From: Limisphaerales bacterium
GTDB lineage: Bacteria; Verrucomicrobiota; Verrucomicrobiia; Limisphaerales; JAYPXF01
Direction: 5' to 3'
Assembly (NCBI GenBank): GCA_047608975.1
Contig: JBLFYM010000001.1
Coordinates: 66,816 to 130,815 of the forward strand
Length of the DNA: 64,000 bases
Part shown: piece after piece, positions 27,788-37,859 of the stretch
Layout of the letters: each line of letters opens with the position of its first letter
How positions within the stretch are numbered: position 1 is the first letter of the stretch
Notes under the pieces: generated by a model
The model's database searches: none
Told to the model about the DNA's origin: nothing
Seen by the model: only the letters and a program-made list of their open reading frames with translations
Position numbers and translations under genes: made by a program

Positions 27788-29020
27788 CTATTTATCTGAC
27801 AAAGCCGCCACACCAGGCAGCTCTTTGCCTTCTAGAAATTCGAGACTGGCACCGCCGCCAGTGCTCATAAAGGTCACCTGATCACCAAGGCCGGCTTTGT
27901 TCAGCGCCTTTACGCTGTCGCCGCCGCCAATGATGCTGACGGCGCCGTTTTGCGTGGCATCGACCACGGCTTTCGCCACTGCGAGGGTGCCGGTTGCAAA
28001 GCGCGGGTCTTCAAAGATACCCATTGGACCGTTCCATAGCACTGTTTTTGCAGCGGCACACTCTTCGCTAAAAGTTTTGGCGGTTTCGGGTCCGATATCG
28101 ACGCCTTCAACCCCGTCCGGGATGTTGACGTCAGGATTGTTGCGGACATTCTTGAATTCCCACTGGCCGTCAACCTTGGCCGATTCAGTGACCGTATTGT
28201 CGCTTGGTAACAAGAACTTCACGCCCTTCTCTTTGGCCTTGTCGAGTGCCTGCTTGGCCACGTCGACCTTGTCCGGCTCAACCAGAGAAGTGCCGACTGT
28301 GTAGCCTTGCGCGAGTTTGAAAGTGTAGGCCATGGCTCCGCCAATCAGGATGGTGTCCGCCTTTTCGAGCAAGCGGTCGATCACCTTGATTTTGTCGGAA
28401 ACCTTGGCCCCACCGAGAATCACCACGAAGGGGCTCTCGGGGGAGTCGAGTTCTTCGCCGAGGAACTTCAGCTCGCGTTCCATGAGCAGACCCGCGACAG
28501 ACTGTCCGCCGCGCGCTTTCACGATGCGGGCGACCCCGGCTGTGGAGGCATGGTCGCGATGTGCTGCGCCGAAGGCGTCGTTGACGTAAACATCAGCCAC
28601 CTTGGCAAGATTCTCTGCAAAGGCCGCGTCGTTGGCCTCTTCTTCGCTGTGATAGCGGACGTTTTCCAACAACACGATGTCACCGGGTTGCATCTGCCCA
28701 ACGGTGTTTTCGACCTTCTCGCCAATGCATTGATCGACGAAGGCGACGGGGCGGCAAATCAGATCTGAGAGTTTTGCGGCGACCGGGCGCAGTGACATTG
28801 AAGGAACGCGCTCGCCCTTTGGACGACCCAGGTGGGCGGTCAGGATGACTTTGGCACCTTTCTCAACCAGCAGGTCGAGCGTGGGCAGTGTCGCCCGGAT
28901 ACGGGTGTCATCGTTGATGACCATTTCCCCGTCGGTTTCCTCCATCGGAACGTTGTAATCTACGCGCATGAATACGCGTTTGCCCTTCACATCAATGTCG
29001 TTGACTGTCAGTTTTGCCAT
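27788..29020 (-). CDS. pgk: phosphoglycerate kinase
   Basis: [37 protein letters not shown]. Confidence 0.95.
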   Translation of the reverse strand: MAKLTVNDIDVKGKRVFMRVDYNVPMEETDGEMVINDDTRIRATLPTLDLLVEKGAKVILTAHLGRPKGERVPSMSLRPVAAKLSDLICRPVAFVDQCIGEKVENTVGQMQPGDIVLLENVRYHSEEEANDAAFAENLAKVADVYVNDAFGAAHRDHASTAGVARIVKARGGQSVAGLLMERELKFLGEELDSPESPFVVILGGAKVSDKIKVIDRLLEKADTILIGGAMAYTFKLAQGYTVGTSLVEPDKVDVAKQALDKAKEKGVKFLLPSDNTVTESAKVDGQWEFKNVRNNPDVNIPDGVEGVDIGPETAKTFSEECAAAKTVLWNGPMGIFEDPRFATGTLAVAKAVVDATQNGAVSIIGGGDSVKALNKAGLGDQVTFMSTGGGASLEFLEGKELPGVAALSDK

Positions 29021-29196
29021 AGAATCCTACTAAATGAGCGCGCAGGATAGCGAAGCGCATAGGCCAGTCAACGGAGGTTTTGATTTATTTGGGCAGCTCT
29101 GCCCGCCGCGCGTCACTTCCGAAAATCTCCACTCGCCCGGCGCTAGTTTATGGAGGGGTTTACAGCCGGGCAGCATTCTTCCTATCTTGGCCGGAC

Positions 29197-30723
29197 ATGC
29201 GTGACAGTGATATAGGCACAGTTTATCTGGTTGGTGCGGGGCCCGGCGATGCGGGGCTCCTGACGATGCGCGGGGCGGAATTGATTGGTCGGGCGGATGT
29301 CTTGGTCTACGACGCGCTCGTCAACCCGGAGTTGCTCAAGCTCGCTCCCGCGGACGCGGAAGTCATTTACGGGGGGAAACGCTCCAAAGATCACGCTATT
29401 CCACAGGGAGAACTGAATCAGCTGCTGGTCGACAAGGCCAAAGAAGGCAAGACGGTCGTCCGCTTGAAAGGCGGCGATTCCTACCTTTTTGGCCGGGGTG
29501 GAGAAGAAGCCGAAGAGTTGGCTGATGGGGGAGTGGAGTTTGAGGTGGTTCCTGGGATTTCCTCTTTTTATGCCGCGCCGAATTACGCCGGTATTCCGAT
29601 TACGCATCGCGAGCATTGTTCAAGCTTTACGGTTTTGACCGGGCACGAAGATCCTACGAAGGACGAGAGCGGTATTGATTGGAAGAATCTCGCGGAGAAT
29701 CCCGGCACCAAGGTGGTGCTGATGGGCGTGGAGCGCATCGGATCGATCGCCGAGAAACTGACCGCGAACGGCTTGGCCGCAGATACCCCAGTCTGCATGG
29801 TGCGCTGGGGTACGCGTGGCGATCAGGAAACGATTGAAGGCACTTTGGCCACGATCGCCGGAATCGTTGAAGATAAGAAATTCAAGTCGCCGGCAGTGAC
29901 CGTGATCGGTGGCGTCGTAAAGCTTCGGGAAAAGCTGAACTGGTTCGAGAAGCGCCCGCTGTTCGGAAAGCGCGTGGTCGTGACCAGGACACGTCAGCAG
30001 GCCAGTCAGCTAAGCCGTCAACTCAGCGAGCTCGGGGCAGAGGTTCTGGAGATTCCGACAATCCGGACCACCGCTCCAGACGATCCGCAGCCTTTGGTCG
30101 ATGCGCTCATGGGACTCAACTCCTACAGCTGGCTGGTATTCACGAGTCCGAACGGAGTGGAATGGTTCTTCGATTTTTTCTTCAAGGCTTTCGAAGATCT
30201 CCGCGATCTGGGTGGCCCGCGGATTGCGGCGGTCGGACCGGCGACGGCCGAGAAGCTGAAGGCAATGCACCTCAAGGTCGACGTGATGCCGGACAAATAT
30301 GTGACGGCCGACGTGGCGTCTGCGATCGACAAGTTTGAAAGCGTCGAGAATCTCAATGTGCTTTTGCCTCGCGCGCTGGTCGCCAATCCAGAGCTGTCCA
30401 GGGATTTGGAAGCGCTCGGCGCGATTGTGGATGACGTTCCCTGTTATCAGACGGTTCCGGAAACTGAAGACGTGAACGGAGCGGCGGCGAAGCTGACAGA
30501 TCAAGGCGCGGATTGGATCACCTTTACCAGCAGCTCAACCGTGGAGAACTTTCATGCCCGATTTGATCTGCCTGATCTGATCGAGACCTATCCTGAAATC
30601 AAGCTCGCCTCGATCGGGCCCGAGACCAGTCGCGCGATTCGCGCCCTGAATCTGGAGCCCACCGTGGAGGCGGATGAACACACCATCAAAGGCCTGGTTC
30701 AGGCGCTGCGATCGGCAGACTGA
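29197..30723 (+). CDS. cobA: uroporphyrinogen-III C-methyltransferase fused to uroporphyrinogen-III synthase (CobA/HemD)
   Basis: ORF 29080..30723, ATG 29197. SUMT part: VYLVGAGPGDAGLLT, LKGGDSYLFGRGGEE, VPGISS. The C-terminal half is HemD-like: RVVVTRTRQQASQL...VFTSPNGV...ITFTSSSTV. Confidence 0.9.
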   Translation: MRDSDIGTVYLVGAGPGDAGLLTMRGAELIGRADVLVYDALVNPELLKLAPADAEVIYGGKRSKDHAIPQGELNQLLVDKAKEGKTVVRLKGGDSYLFGRGGEEAEELADGGVEFEVVPGISSFYAAPNYAGIPITHREHCSSFTVLTGHEDPTKDESGIDWKNLAENPGTKVVLMGVERIGSIAEKLTANGLAADTPVCMVRWGTRGDQETIEGTLATIAGIVEDKKFKSPAVTVIGGVVKLREKLNWFEKRPLFGKRVVVTRTRQQASQLSRQLSELGAEVLEIPTIRTTAPDDPQPLVDALMGLNSYSWLVFTSPNGVEWFFDFFFKAFEDLRDLGGPRIAAVGPATAEKLKAMHLKVDVMPDKYVTADVASAIDKFESVENLNVLLPRALVANPELSRDLEALGAIVDDVPCYQTVPETEDVNGAAAKLTDQGADWITFTSSSTVENFHARFDLPDLIETYPEIKLASIGPETSRAIRALNLEPTVEADEHTIKGLVQALRSAD

Positions 30724-30753
30724 AAGCAAGTTGGAGTTCACGCTTCGGCGTGT

Positions 30754-30773
30754 TTCGGGCTGATAAGCCCGAA
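30754..30773. terminator. hairpin between convergent genes
   Basis: TTCGGGCT-GATA-AGCCCGAA, a perfect 8-bp stem lying between the cobA/hemD stop (30723) and the ppx-like stop (30792). The flanking T run is weak (GAGTTT). Confidence 0.35.
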
Positions 30774-30791
30774 CGAGTTTGGGCCGGCACA

Positions 30792-31727
30792 CTACTCTAA
30801 GAGCAAGCCGGTCCGTATTCCACGGGTGCTGACCAGAAGTCGTTCGAGATCGAGTTCTTCCATGATCGCGAGATAGATCGCGGCACCGAACGGAATTACA
30901 TCGGCCCGTTCGGCTGGGATTCCGCGCAATTCCTTTCGCTGTGCGAGCGGTAGGTTCCACAATTTCTCGTTCAGCTCGCGGAGCAGGGGACGTGCAAACA
31001 CAGTTGCCTCCAGTTGCGCGCGATCGAACTCATCGGTCTCGTGGTACATCCGGGCAAGAAAAGTGGTGGTTCCGCCAACCCCAACGATGTCTGAGAGATC
31101 TGCGGCTTCCTGATGCAGTCCCGAGCTGACGATCGGCTCCGATCTGAGGAATTGCCTCACGAGGTCGCAGCATTGTTCCAATCCCGCGGTTCCGGGCGGA
31201 TCGTCGAATGAGGCGGTGGACATCGTGCGAACAGATCCAAGGGGAACGCTGATCGAGAAGTTGGGTTGCTCGTCCTGTCCAATGATGAACTCGGTGCTGC
31301 CACCGCCGACGTCGGCAACAAAGATCGTATCCGCCAGACCCGGTTGGGATCGGACGCCGCGATACACCAAGGCGGCCTCACGCTCGCCGCTGATGATCTC
31401 CGGTTCCTGACCGGAAACATCTGCGATCGCCTTGCGGAACTCTTCGTGGTTCTCGGCGTCCCGCGCGGCGCTGGTGGCAATAATCTTGAAGGAGGGGGAA
31501 TTGAGCGTGGAGGCAGTGCTTAGAAATCCTTCGATGACTTCCGCCGTGCGGGCGATGGCATCCGGTCGAAGTCGCTTGGTTTCATAGAGGCCGCGACCGA
31601 GTCGGGTCTGCGTGCTTCGTTCAAACAGCGGTTCAATCTGTTGCTGGTTGTCGATGCGGGCGACCAGCACCTTCACGGAGTTCGTTCCGATGTCGATGAC
31701 GGTGCGTACCTGAGATTCCTCTGCCAT
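30792..31727 (-). CDS. Ppx/GppA family phosphatase
   Basis: ASKHA-fold motifs VIDIGTNSVKVLVARI and VADVGGGSTEFIIG. 311 aa. Confidence 0.85.
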   Translation of the reverse strand: MAEESQVRTVIDIGTNSVKVLVARIDNQQQIEPLFERSTQTRLGRGLYETKRLRPDAIARTAEVIEGFLSTASTLNSPSFKIIATSAARDAENHEEFRKAIADVSGQEPEIISGEREAALVYRGVRSQPGLADTIFVADVGGGSTEFIIGQDEQPNFSISVPLGSVRTMSTASFDDPPGTAGLEQCCDLVRQFLRSEPIVSSGLHQEAADLSDIVGVGGTTTFLARMYHETDEFDRAQLEATVFARPLLRELNEKLWNLPLAQRKELRGIPAERADVIPFGAAIYLAIMEELDLERLLVSTRGIRTGLLLE

Positions 31728-31772
31728 GGCCGGAGCAATTTTGGGGGACGGATAGCGGATGTGGAAAACGGA

Positions 31773-32540
31773 CTATTTCCGCAGGATAGTGGTGATCTTT
31801 CGCCGGAGAAGGCGTTGGATTTTCTCCGCGGGCTGTTCGGCGTTCACGATGCTGAATTTGTATATTTCCTGGAGGTGAAGAAACGCGTCGACGAGCAGTC
31901 CCTGGTATCCCAGGAAGCTGTCGAACATGTCGCGTGACAGGCCCAGATCCATGCCGCTTTCCCAGTAGTCGAGTGACTGGTTCTTGGCGAAATTCCGCTG
32001 CACCAATGTTTCCGGAGTGGTCTGCAGATAGAACACCCCGTCGGGTTCCAGCGCGATGTCGTAGAGATTTCGCAGCCACGCGATATCCATGCCGCGCACC
32101 AGATCTCGAGCCATCAACGTGTAGATGTAGCGGTCGGCCAGCACGATCGATCCGGCCTTCAACGCCGGAATGATCAGGTTCTCCAACTGATCCGCGAAGT
32201 CGGTCGCGTAGAAAAGACTGAGGGTGGTTCGGCTGAGGATGTTGCCTTCCTGCGCCGTCTGAAGTTCCTCGCTGACGAGCGAGGAACGCTTCAAACCGAC
32301 CTGCACCGTCGAATGTCCGCCGCCTTCAAGCCATTCCACGAGTTCGTTGATCTGGGTGGAGCGACCGGAGCCGTCCGCTCCCTCAATGACGAAGAGCTTT
32401 CCCGCGAGCTTGCGCAAATCTACGCCCGGGATGCCGTGACCGTAGAAACGCTTGGCTGAACGTCCGGGGATTACAACGTCCAGATTGGGGTTGATGGTCC
32501 GCTTGCGCTTCGTTTTGGAAGTCGTCGTCCGCGTAGCCAT
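31773..32540 (-). CDS. thymidylate kinase-like P-loop kinase (non-canonical), paralogue A
   Basis: FVIEGADGSGRSTQ (Walker A), ATDFAD, LADRYIYTLMARDLVRG, DYWESGMDL. The canonical TREPGGT dTMP-site motif is not visible. Confidence 0.7.
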   Translation of the reverse strand: MATRTTTSKTKRKRTINPNLDVVIPGRSAKRFYGHGIPGVDLRKLAGKLFVIEGADGSGRSTQINELVEWLEGGGHSTVQVGLKRSSLVSEELQTAQEGNILSRTTLSLFYATDFADQLENLIIPALKAGSIVLADRYIYTLMARDLVRGMDIAWLRNLYDIALEPDGVFYLQTTPETLVQRNFAKNQSLDYWESGMDLGLSRDMFDSFLGYQGLLVDAFLHLQEIYKFSIVNAEQPAEKIQRLLRRKITTILRK

Positions 32541-32543
32541 GGT

Positions 32544-33227
32544 TCAGCTGCCGGTGGCAAATTGTTCGAGATCGATCTTGTCCGCGACCAGTCGACGCAC
32601 GAGGGCCTGCTGCGGTTCGATGCTGTCGTTGGCGTCCATGACGGTGAATTTGTATTCCGAACTCATGGCCAGATACTGTTCCAGCATTCGGCCCTGAAAG
32701 ATTCGGAAACTCTCTTCGATGTCGGTGGACAGGTTGAGATCCATTCCTGCCTCAAAATACTTCAATTGCGGACGCCCATCGAGGATCCGTGCCAGAGAAA
32801 CCTCCAGGCGGGCCTGAAAGAAGAACGTCACGTCTGGCTTTGCGGCAAATCTATAAAGGCCACGTACCCAGTCAGGCGGCACGCCGCGAACAACATCACG
32901 TGCAAAGGCTGTGTAGGCGTAGCGGTCACAGAGCACGAGGTAGCCGGCGCGGAGCAGGGGAACCAGTTGGCGCTCGTAACGATCGGCGAAGTCCGTGGCG
33001 TGAATCAGGCTAAAGGTCGTGGGTGTCAACAGGGTACGGTTTTTACCCTTGCTGGTGGCGCTCTTCACGAGCTTGGAGGAGTTCCATTCGGAGAAGTAAA
33101 CCTTGAGGCCGGAGAGTTCGAGCCAGCGTTTCAATAGGTAAATCTGGGTGGACTTCCCGGAACCATCCAAACCCTCAACAGCAATCAACCTGCCAGGAAA
33201 ACCCAATTCACCAAACGTCTTGTTCAT
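32544..33227 (-). CDS. thymidylate kinase-like P-loop kinase (non-canonical), paralogue B
   Basis: ORF 32544..33593 is over-extended. ATG 33227 gives MNKTFGELGFPGRLIAVEGLDGSGKSTQ. Also ATDFAD, LCDRYAYTAFARDVVRG, KYFEAGMDL. It ends 3 nt before paralogue A starts. Confidence 0.7.
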   Translation of the reverse strand: MNKTFGELGFPGRLIAVEGLDGSGKSTQIYLLKRWLELSGLKVYFSEWNSSKLVKSATSKGKNRTLLTPTTFSLIHATDFADRYERQLVPLLRAGYLVLCDRYAYTAFARDVVRGVPPDWVRGLYRFAAKPDVTFFFQARLEVSLARILDGRPQLKYFEAGMDLNLSTDIEESFRIFQGRMLEQYLAMSSEYKFTVMDANDSIEPQQALVRRLVADKIDLEQFATGS

Positions 33228-33348
33228 CCGATAGGTTTTTGAGCCTAAGTAGAGGCTTGCGGAATGACAAAGCAAAACCGAGTTGGAGGAGATGAGAAGC
33301 AGAGTTCGCGCTTGCAAATGGGCAGTTCTGATTTTGAATGGACTCCTG

Positions 33349-34746
33349 ATGTCTGCTGAACCAGCTAGTTTCAAATTTTCCCGGCGCGGGATTCTCCGCG
33401 CGGGGGCGTTGGGCGTTGCGGGCATCACCTTGGCTGATGTGTTGCGGCTGGAAGCGGCGGCGGGAATTCGTTCGTCACACAAGGCAGTGATCAACGTGCA
33501 TCTCGATGGCGGTCCTCCGCAAATGGATCTCATCGATCCCAAGCCGGACGCGCCGCGCGAACAACGGGGGGAGTTTGAATCCATTTCGACCAACGTGCCC
33601 GGTATTCATCTGACCGAGCTGATGCCGCAGATGGCGAAAGCGGCGGACAAGTTTGTCTTTCTGCGGTCACTGGTCGGAGCGGCCGGCCGCCACGACGCGT
33701 TTCAATGTCAGTCCGGGTTTAGCTTCAAGGATCTGTCCGGAATCGGTGGCCGTCCGGCGATGGGCTGTGTGGTGTCACAGCTGCAAGGCCAACCTACGGA
33801 CGCGATGCCCGCCTTCGTCGATTTGATGCAAGGCCGCCCCTTGGCGCGAAATAGTGCCCGCCCGGGTTTTCTGGGGCCTGCCTATCGGCCGTTCCGACCG
33901 GATCTGTCCCACTTGTTCAAGCGTCAGTTGGAACCGGGGATGCAGAGCGAGTTGGCGCGCCTCGGGAATAATCACACGCTGCAGCTTGAACTCACGGAAG
34001 GACTTACCGTGGGGCGGCTGGAAGGTCGCATGTCACTTGCCAAGGATTTTGATCTGCTCCGTCGCAACGTCGATCGAAGTGGTTCGATGGAAGCATTGGA
34101 CAAGTTTTCCCAACAGGCTTTGGGTATTCTGACATCCGGCCGGGTGGCCCGGGCGCTTGATCTGGAATCAGAGGATCGCCGGGTGTTGGACCGGTTTTCG
34201 CCGCGCATGAAGCGGGTTGATCCCACGCATTACACCACTGAGGGACCCGGTGCGGCGCGGAAGTTCTTGCTGGCCCGGCGGATGGTCGAGGCCGGCGCGC
34301 GATGTGTCAGCATTTCCCTCAGCGATTTCGACACACATCGGTCGAATGCCGAGCGAATGAGATTTCTCGGTCCGCTGATGGATCATTCGTTGGCCGCGCT
34401 CGTTTCAGATCTGGAAGAGCGCGGAATGCTCGACGATGTGATGATCATCGCCTGGGGCGAGTTTGGTCGCACACCCAAGGTGAATGACAAGGGCGGGCGG
34501 GATCACTGGCCGCGCGTGGCGATGGGAATCATGGCAGGCGGAGGGATTCGCGGCGGACAGGTGATCGGCTCCACCGATAAATACGCGTCGGAAGCGACCA
34601 GCAGCCCCGTGCATTATCAGGACGTCATCGCGACGCTCTATCAGCATCTCGGGATTGATGCGCGGAATGTGACGCTTACGGACACGACGGGCCGACCTCA
34701 GTATCTCGTGGATATCGGCGCACCGATCGCCCGGCTCTTCGCGTAG
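33349..34746 (+). CDS. DUF1501 domain protein with twin-arginine signal (no adjacent DUF1553 partner)
   Basis: ORF 33283..34746, ATG 33349: MSAEPASFKFSRRGILRAGALGVAGITLA. Also VINVHLDGGPPQMDLIDPKP, FDTHRSN, WGEFGRTP, GRDHWP. Confidence 0.85.
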   Translation: MSAEPASFKFSRRGILRAGALGVAGITLADVLRLEAAAGIRSSHKAVINVHLDGGPPQMDLIDPKPDAPREQRGEFESISTNVPGIHLTELMPQMAKAADKFVFLRSLVGAAGRHDAFQCQSGFSFKDLSGIGGRPAMGCVVSQLQGQPTDAMPAFVDLMQGRPLARNSARPGFLGPAYRPFRPDLSHLFKRQLEPGMQSELARLGNNHTLQLELTEGLTVGRLEGRMSLAKDFDLLRRNVDRSGSMEALDKFSQQALGILTSGRVARALDLESEDRRVLDRFSPRMKRVDPTHYTTEGPGAARKFLLARRMVEAGARCVSISLSDFDTHRSNAERMRFLGPLMDHSLAALVSDLEERGMLDDVMIIAWGEFGRTPKVNDKGGRDHWPRVAMGIMAGGGIRGGQVIGSTDKYASEATSSPVHYQDVIATLYQHLGIDARNVTLTDTTGRPQYLVDIGAPIARLFA

Positions 34747-34850
34747 TCGTTACCTCGGGGTAGCAGCGAGCGTGAGCGAGCAGGTCTTTGCGGTGAAATC
34801 CACTCGCTCACGCCCCAGTGGACATTGGCTTTCCCTGATGCTCCCGCATC

Positions 34851-34884
34851 AAAAAAACGCGCCGGGTGATACCCGGCGCGTTTT
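34851..34884. terminator. bidirectional rho-independent terminator
   Basis: AAAAAAA-CGCGCCGGGT-GAT-ACCCGGCGCG-TTTT. An 11-bp GC-rich stem (34857-34867 / 34871-34881) is flanked by A7 and T4, between convergent genes ending at 34746 (+) and 34924 (-). Confidence 0.65.
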
Positions 34885-34923
34885 GCAATTCGCTCAATCG
34901 TTTTTCGAACTGTCGAAGAACGA

Positions 34924-36177
34924 TTACTTGTAGGCACCCATGGCGGGCGCGTCGGGATTGACCTCAGGGCCGAAGTATCGGAGACAGACGAGGGGCTCGG
35001 TGGTGCTGGTGTTCTCGAAGGTGACTCCGGATTTTGCCCCGGCTTCGGTACAGAAGTACTCGTCCTCAGTAAGCTCGGTGAAGCGGATGAGTTTCGGACT
35101 GTTCAACGGCTGGCCATTGATCGTGCCTTTGCCCTGCGTGCAGACGAGACCGTAGGCACCTTTGTCGGTGATCGTGCATTTCTGGCCGGGATCGACCGTC
35201 AATTCCTTGGCGGTGAAGTATTGCGTCTTCTTGATGCGACCGTAGACGATCCAACGATCGACATAGCCTTCAGCGGCGGTGTCGGCGACGGGGATCGGTT
35301 CGAGGTAGTGGTTGTCCTTGAAGTTTGGATCGCAGTTTCCTTCCCAATCGAGCTGGTTGACGATGAAGTCCAGATCCTTGTGTTTGGACTTGGGCATGTC
35401 CTTGACCAGGAGACTCCAGGGTACTTCGCGGCCTTCCACGAGTGACTGATACATTCCGAAGACATCTGAACCCCATTGTGGTTCGTAGGTGCAGAGTGAA
35501 CCGGGAGCGTGCAGGACACAGGGCGGAATCAACCAGCCGGTGCCGGGCTTCAGGCGGTAGGCTCGGCTGAGGTCCAAGATGCCGTTGTCACCTTTGTTCC
35601 AGTTCTCCAGGCACTTCCGGACCTGAGCCTTGGTGGTACCGGGTTCCAGCCCCATGAAGGTGTAAGGGAAGTTGTTGCCCACGTTGTTGTGCTGGGGCGG
35701 AAAGTAGTAGGATTCGGGTTTGCCTTCCTGCTTCACCAGCTTCGCCTGCGCGGCGCTTTGATGCATGTGATGCGGGATTGGGCCCATGTTGTCGAAGAAC
35801 TTGGAGTAGACCGGCCACTTGCCATACTTCTTCCAAATCTTGCTGCCGATGATCGTGGGGCCGCATTCCGACACGGCTTGGCGCAGGGTGAAGCGGCGCT
35901 TGCCGGCGACGACGTAGCTGAGGCCTTCGTCAGGGGTGCGATTGTCGTTTGCCGCCTCAGTGGTGGAGCCGAACCAGCGTTCGTCGATGCCGCCGCGATT
36001 CAGCCCGTAAGCGTAGGTGTCATCCGGGTGAAGTTTCAGCCGCAGTCCGGGTTGCAGGAAAGAGCGGGGGACCCAACAAGGAGCGAGCCGCAGGAGTCCT
36101 CCGGTTTCTTCAAGGCAGGCATCGACGATTTTTCCGACGCCCTTTTTGACTGTCTTTAATGAAGTAACTGTATTCAT
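34924..36177 (-). CDS. class I mannose-6-phosphate isomerase-like cupin protein (function uncertain)
   Basis: YSKFFDNMGPIPHHMHQ...GKPESYYF resembles the PMI type I pattern (K.LD....LS.QVHP....GK.E.WY). A later cupin His lies in PPCVLHAPGS. 417 aa. Confidence 0.5.
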   Translation of the reverse strand: MNTVTSLKTVKKGVGKIVDACLEETGGLLRLAPCWVPRSFLQPGLRLKLHPDDTYAYGLNRGGIDERWFGSTTEAANDNRTPDEGLSYVVAGKRRFTLRQAVSECGPTIIGSKIWKKYGKWPVYSKFFDNMGPIPHHMHQSAAQAKLVKQEGKPESYYFPPQHNNVGNNFPYTFMGLEPGTTKAQVRKCLENWNKGDNGILDLSRAYRLKPGTGWLIPPCVLHAPGSLCTYEPQWGSDVFGMYQSLVEGREVPWSLLVKDMPKSKHKDLDFIVNQLDWEGNCDPNFKDNHYLEPIPVADTAAEGYVDRWIVYGRIKKTQYFTAKELTVDPGQKCTITDKGAYGLVCTQGKGTINGQPLNSPKLIRFTELTEDEYFCTEAGAKSGVTFENTSTTEPLVCLRYFGPEVNPDAPAMGAYK

Positions 36178-36263
36178 GAATTTGTGCGCGGGAGCGTGTC
36201 AGAAATGAAAAAAGGTGACAAGTTTTGGTGGTGCGGTGCTGGAATTGCTGTCTTCCGATTCGG

Positions 36264-36977
36264 CTACATCCACCAATGCGTCAGGACGGGGGCCACGATC
36301 AACGCGGGTAGGTAGTTTGCCAGCGGAACCCGGCCGACGCCGAGGATGACGAGAATGATCGGCAAGATCAGCATGCCACCGGTGACCTGGATCGACCTGA
36401 GCATTTCGGGGTCGAGGTGGGGCGCGATCACGCCGGCGCAGAGCGTGAGCGTTCCTTGGTAGGATATGACCGGAACGGCGGCCAAAGCGGCACCCCAACC
36501 GAACATGGCGGTGAAGCCGATGGTGGCAGTTCCGTCCATGATGCCTTTCACAGCAAGAATGTTGTAGTCCCCGTGGAGACCGTCCTGAATCGAACCGATG
36601 ATCGCCATGGGACCGACACAGAACAGGATCGTGCAGGTGACGAAGCCTTCATTGAATTTGTTGTTGCTGGTGTCGCTCCCAGCCATCTTTTCCTTCGCAT
36701 ACTCGCCCAGCTTGTTTAGACCTTTTTGAAGCCGAAGCAGCATCCCGATCGCGTTTCCGAGCACCATTGACAGCATCGCGATGCCGAACTGGCCGAGACC
36801 GTGCAGGAAGCCGCCATGAAGTCCGGCGAACATCATCTGGGTCGCGACGAAGAGGGTGGCGAGAACCAGGAGCAGTTTGATTTTTCCCTGCACCGCCGGG
36901 GTGATTCGTTCAGCGGCGAAGGCTCCGATGAGCCCGCCGAGAATGATGCACACGCCGTTGATAAGAGTTCCGATCAC
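36264..36977 (-). CDS. DUF554 family membrane protein
   Basis: ORF 36264..37115. GTG at 36977 gives (M)IGTLINGVCIILGGLIGAF, like YqgA/YdfK N-termini. Also CVGPMAIIGSIQDGLHGDYNILAVKGIMDG. Confidence 0.75.
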   Translation of the reverse strand: MIGTLINGVCIILGGLIGAFAAERITPAVQGKIKLLLVLATLFVATQMMFAGLHGGFLHGLGQFGIAMLSMVLGNAIGMLLRLQKGLNKLGEYAKEKMAGSDTSNNKFNEGFVTCTILFCVGPMAIIGSIQDGLHGDYNILAVKGIMDGTATIGFTAMFGWGAALAAVPVISYQGTLTLCAGVIAPHLDPEMLRSIQVTGGMLILPIILVILGVGRVPLANYLPALIVAPVLTHWWM

Positions 36978-37137
36978 GCAGCAAACTGAATCATGCCTGC
37001 CAAAACGCTGAAAGCTGAATTTGCTCCGGGCAATGCTCTTCGTTCTCCTGCGCTTGCCCTGCTGACTGACTTGAATTCCGCAGAGTTTGCAAATCCTGCC
37101 GCTGTGGATTACCACACTCCTCCAAATGCGTTTCGAT

Positions 37138-37827
37138 ATGAGCGATCTCGAATACCTGAGCGAATTGGGCCCGGTGGCCTATCTCCTCGCTGCGCTTTGC
37201 CTCTTCGTAGTGGCGATCGGGAGATTGACCAAGAACCGACCCCGGTCCCGATTGCCAACCATCATCACCGGTATTCTCGGAATTGCTGTCGGCGTCATGG
37301 CCTGTTACGGATTTACCCGCATTGCCCGGCTGCAGGTCGTTTCCAAAAGTGACTATCAACGACTGCGAGAGGAACAGCGAAACAACCGATACCGACGATT
37401 CCAACGGCAGCAGATTTCTCAGCCACGCGATCAGGGGGAACGTCCTCGCTACGGTGGGCGGATGGATCTGGTGGAACGCGTGCGCAAGCTTTCCGCATTG
37501 ACCGGCGGTGTGAATCTGGAGCTTGAGACTTCGAAAGCAGTTGCGATTTCTACCATGCTGGAAGCAATTGCCTCCCGTCCCACGATCACAAACGAGGAGG
37601 CCAATGAGATGATTGAGGAACTCCGGGGCAAGCTGACACCGGGGCAGTGGCAGTTGGTGAACGGCTTTTCACTGCCGCGGGAAATGAGCGCACTGACTGG
37701 TCGACAGCGAGCTGATGGGAACCCATTTTTTTCGGAAACAGACGCGAAGTTGATCCACGATTTCCGTGAACGATATTCGGCTGACACCGCCCCAGTCCGC
37801 TCACTCTCCGAAATTCTCGATCGCTGA
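37138..37827 (+). CDS. hypothetical membrane-anchored protein
   Basis: ORF 37087..37827 (TTG), ATG at 37138. Two hydrophobic helices (VAYLLAALCLFVVAI, IITGILGIAVGVMACYGF) are followed by an R/Q-rich linker and a helical C-terminal domain. Confidence 0.45.
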   Translation: MSDLEYLSELGPVAYLLAALCLFVVAIGRLTKNRPRSRLPTIITGILGIAVGVMACYGFTRIARLQVVSKSDYQRLREEQRNNRYRRFQRQQISQPRDQGERPRYGGRMDLVERVRKLSALTGGVNLELETSKAVAISTMLEAIASRPTITNEEANEMIEELRGKLTPGQWQLVNGFSLPREMSALTGRQRADGNPFFSETDAKLIHDFRERYSADTAPVRSLSEILDR

Positions 37828-37859
37828 GCGATGGGCGGATGCCCCGGCCGCGATCCGCG

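Noticed and set aside
32544-33593. 349-aa version of the second Tmk-like gene
   Set aside because: The first 121 residues are Ser/Arg/Ala-rich, overlap the divergent DUF1501 gene start region, and are absent from the paralogue. ATG 33227 sits directly in front of the P-loop strand.
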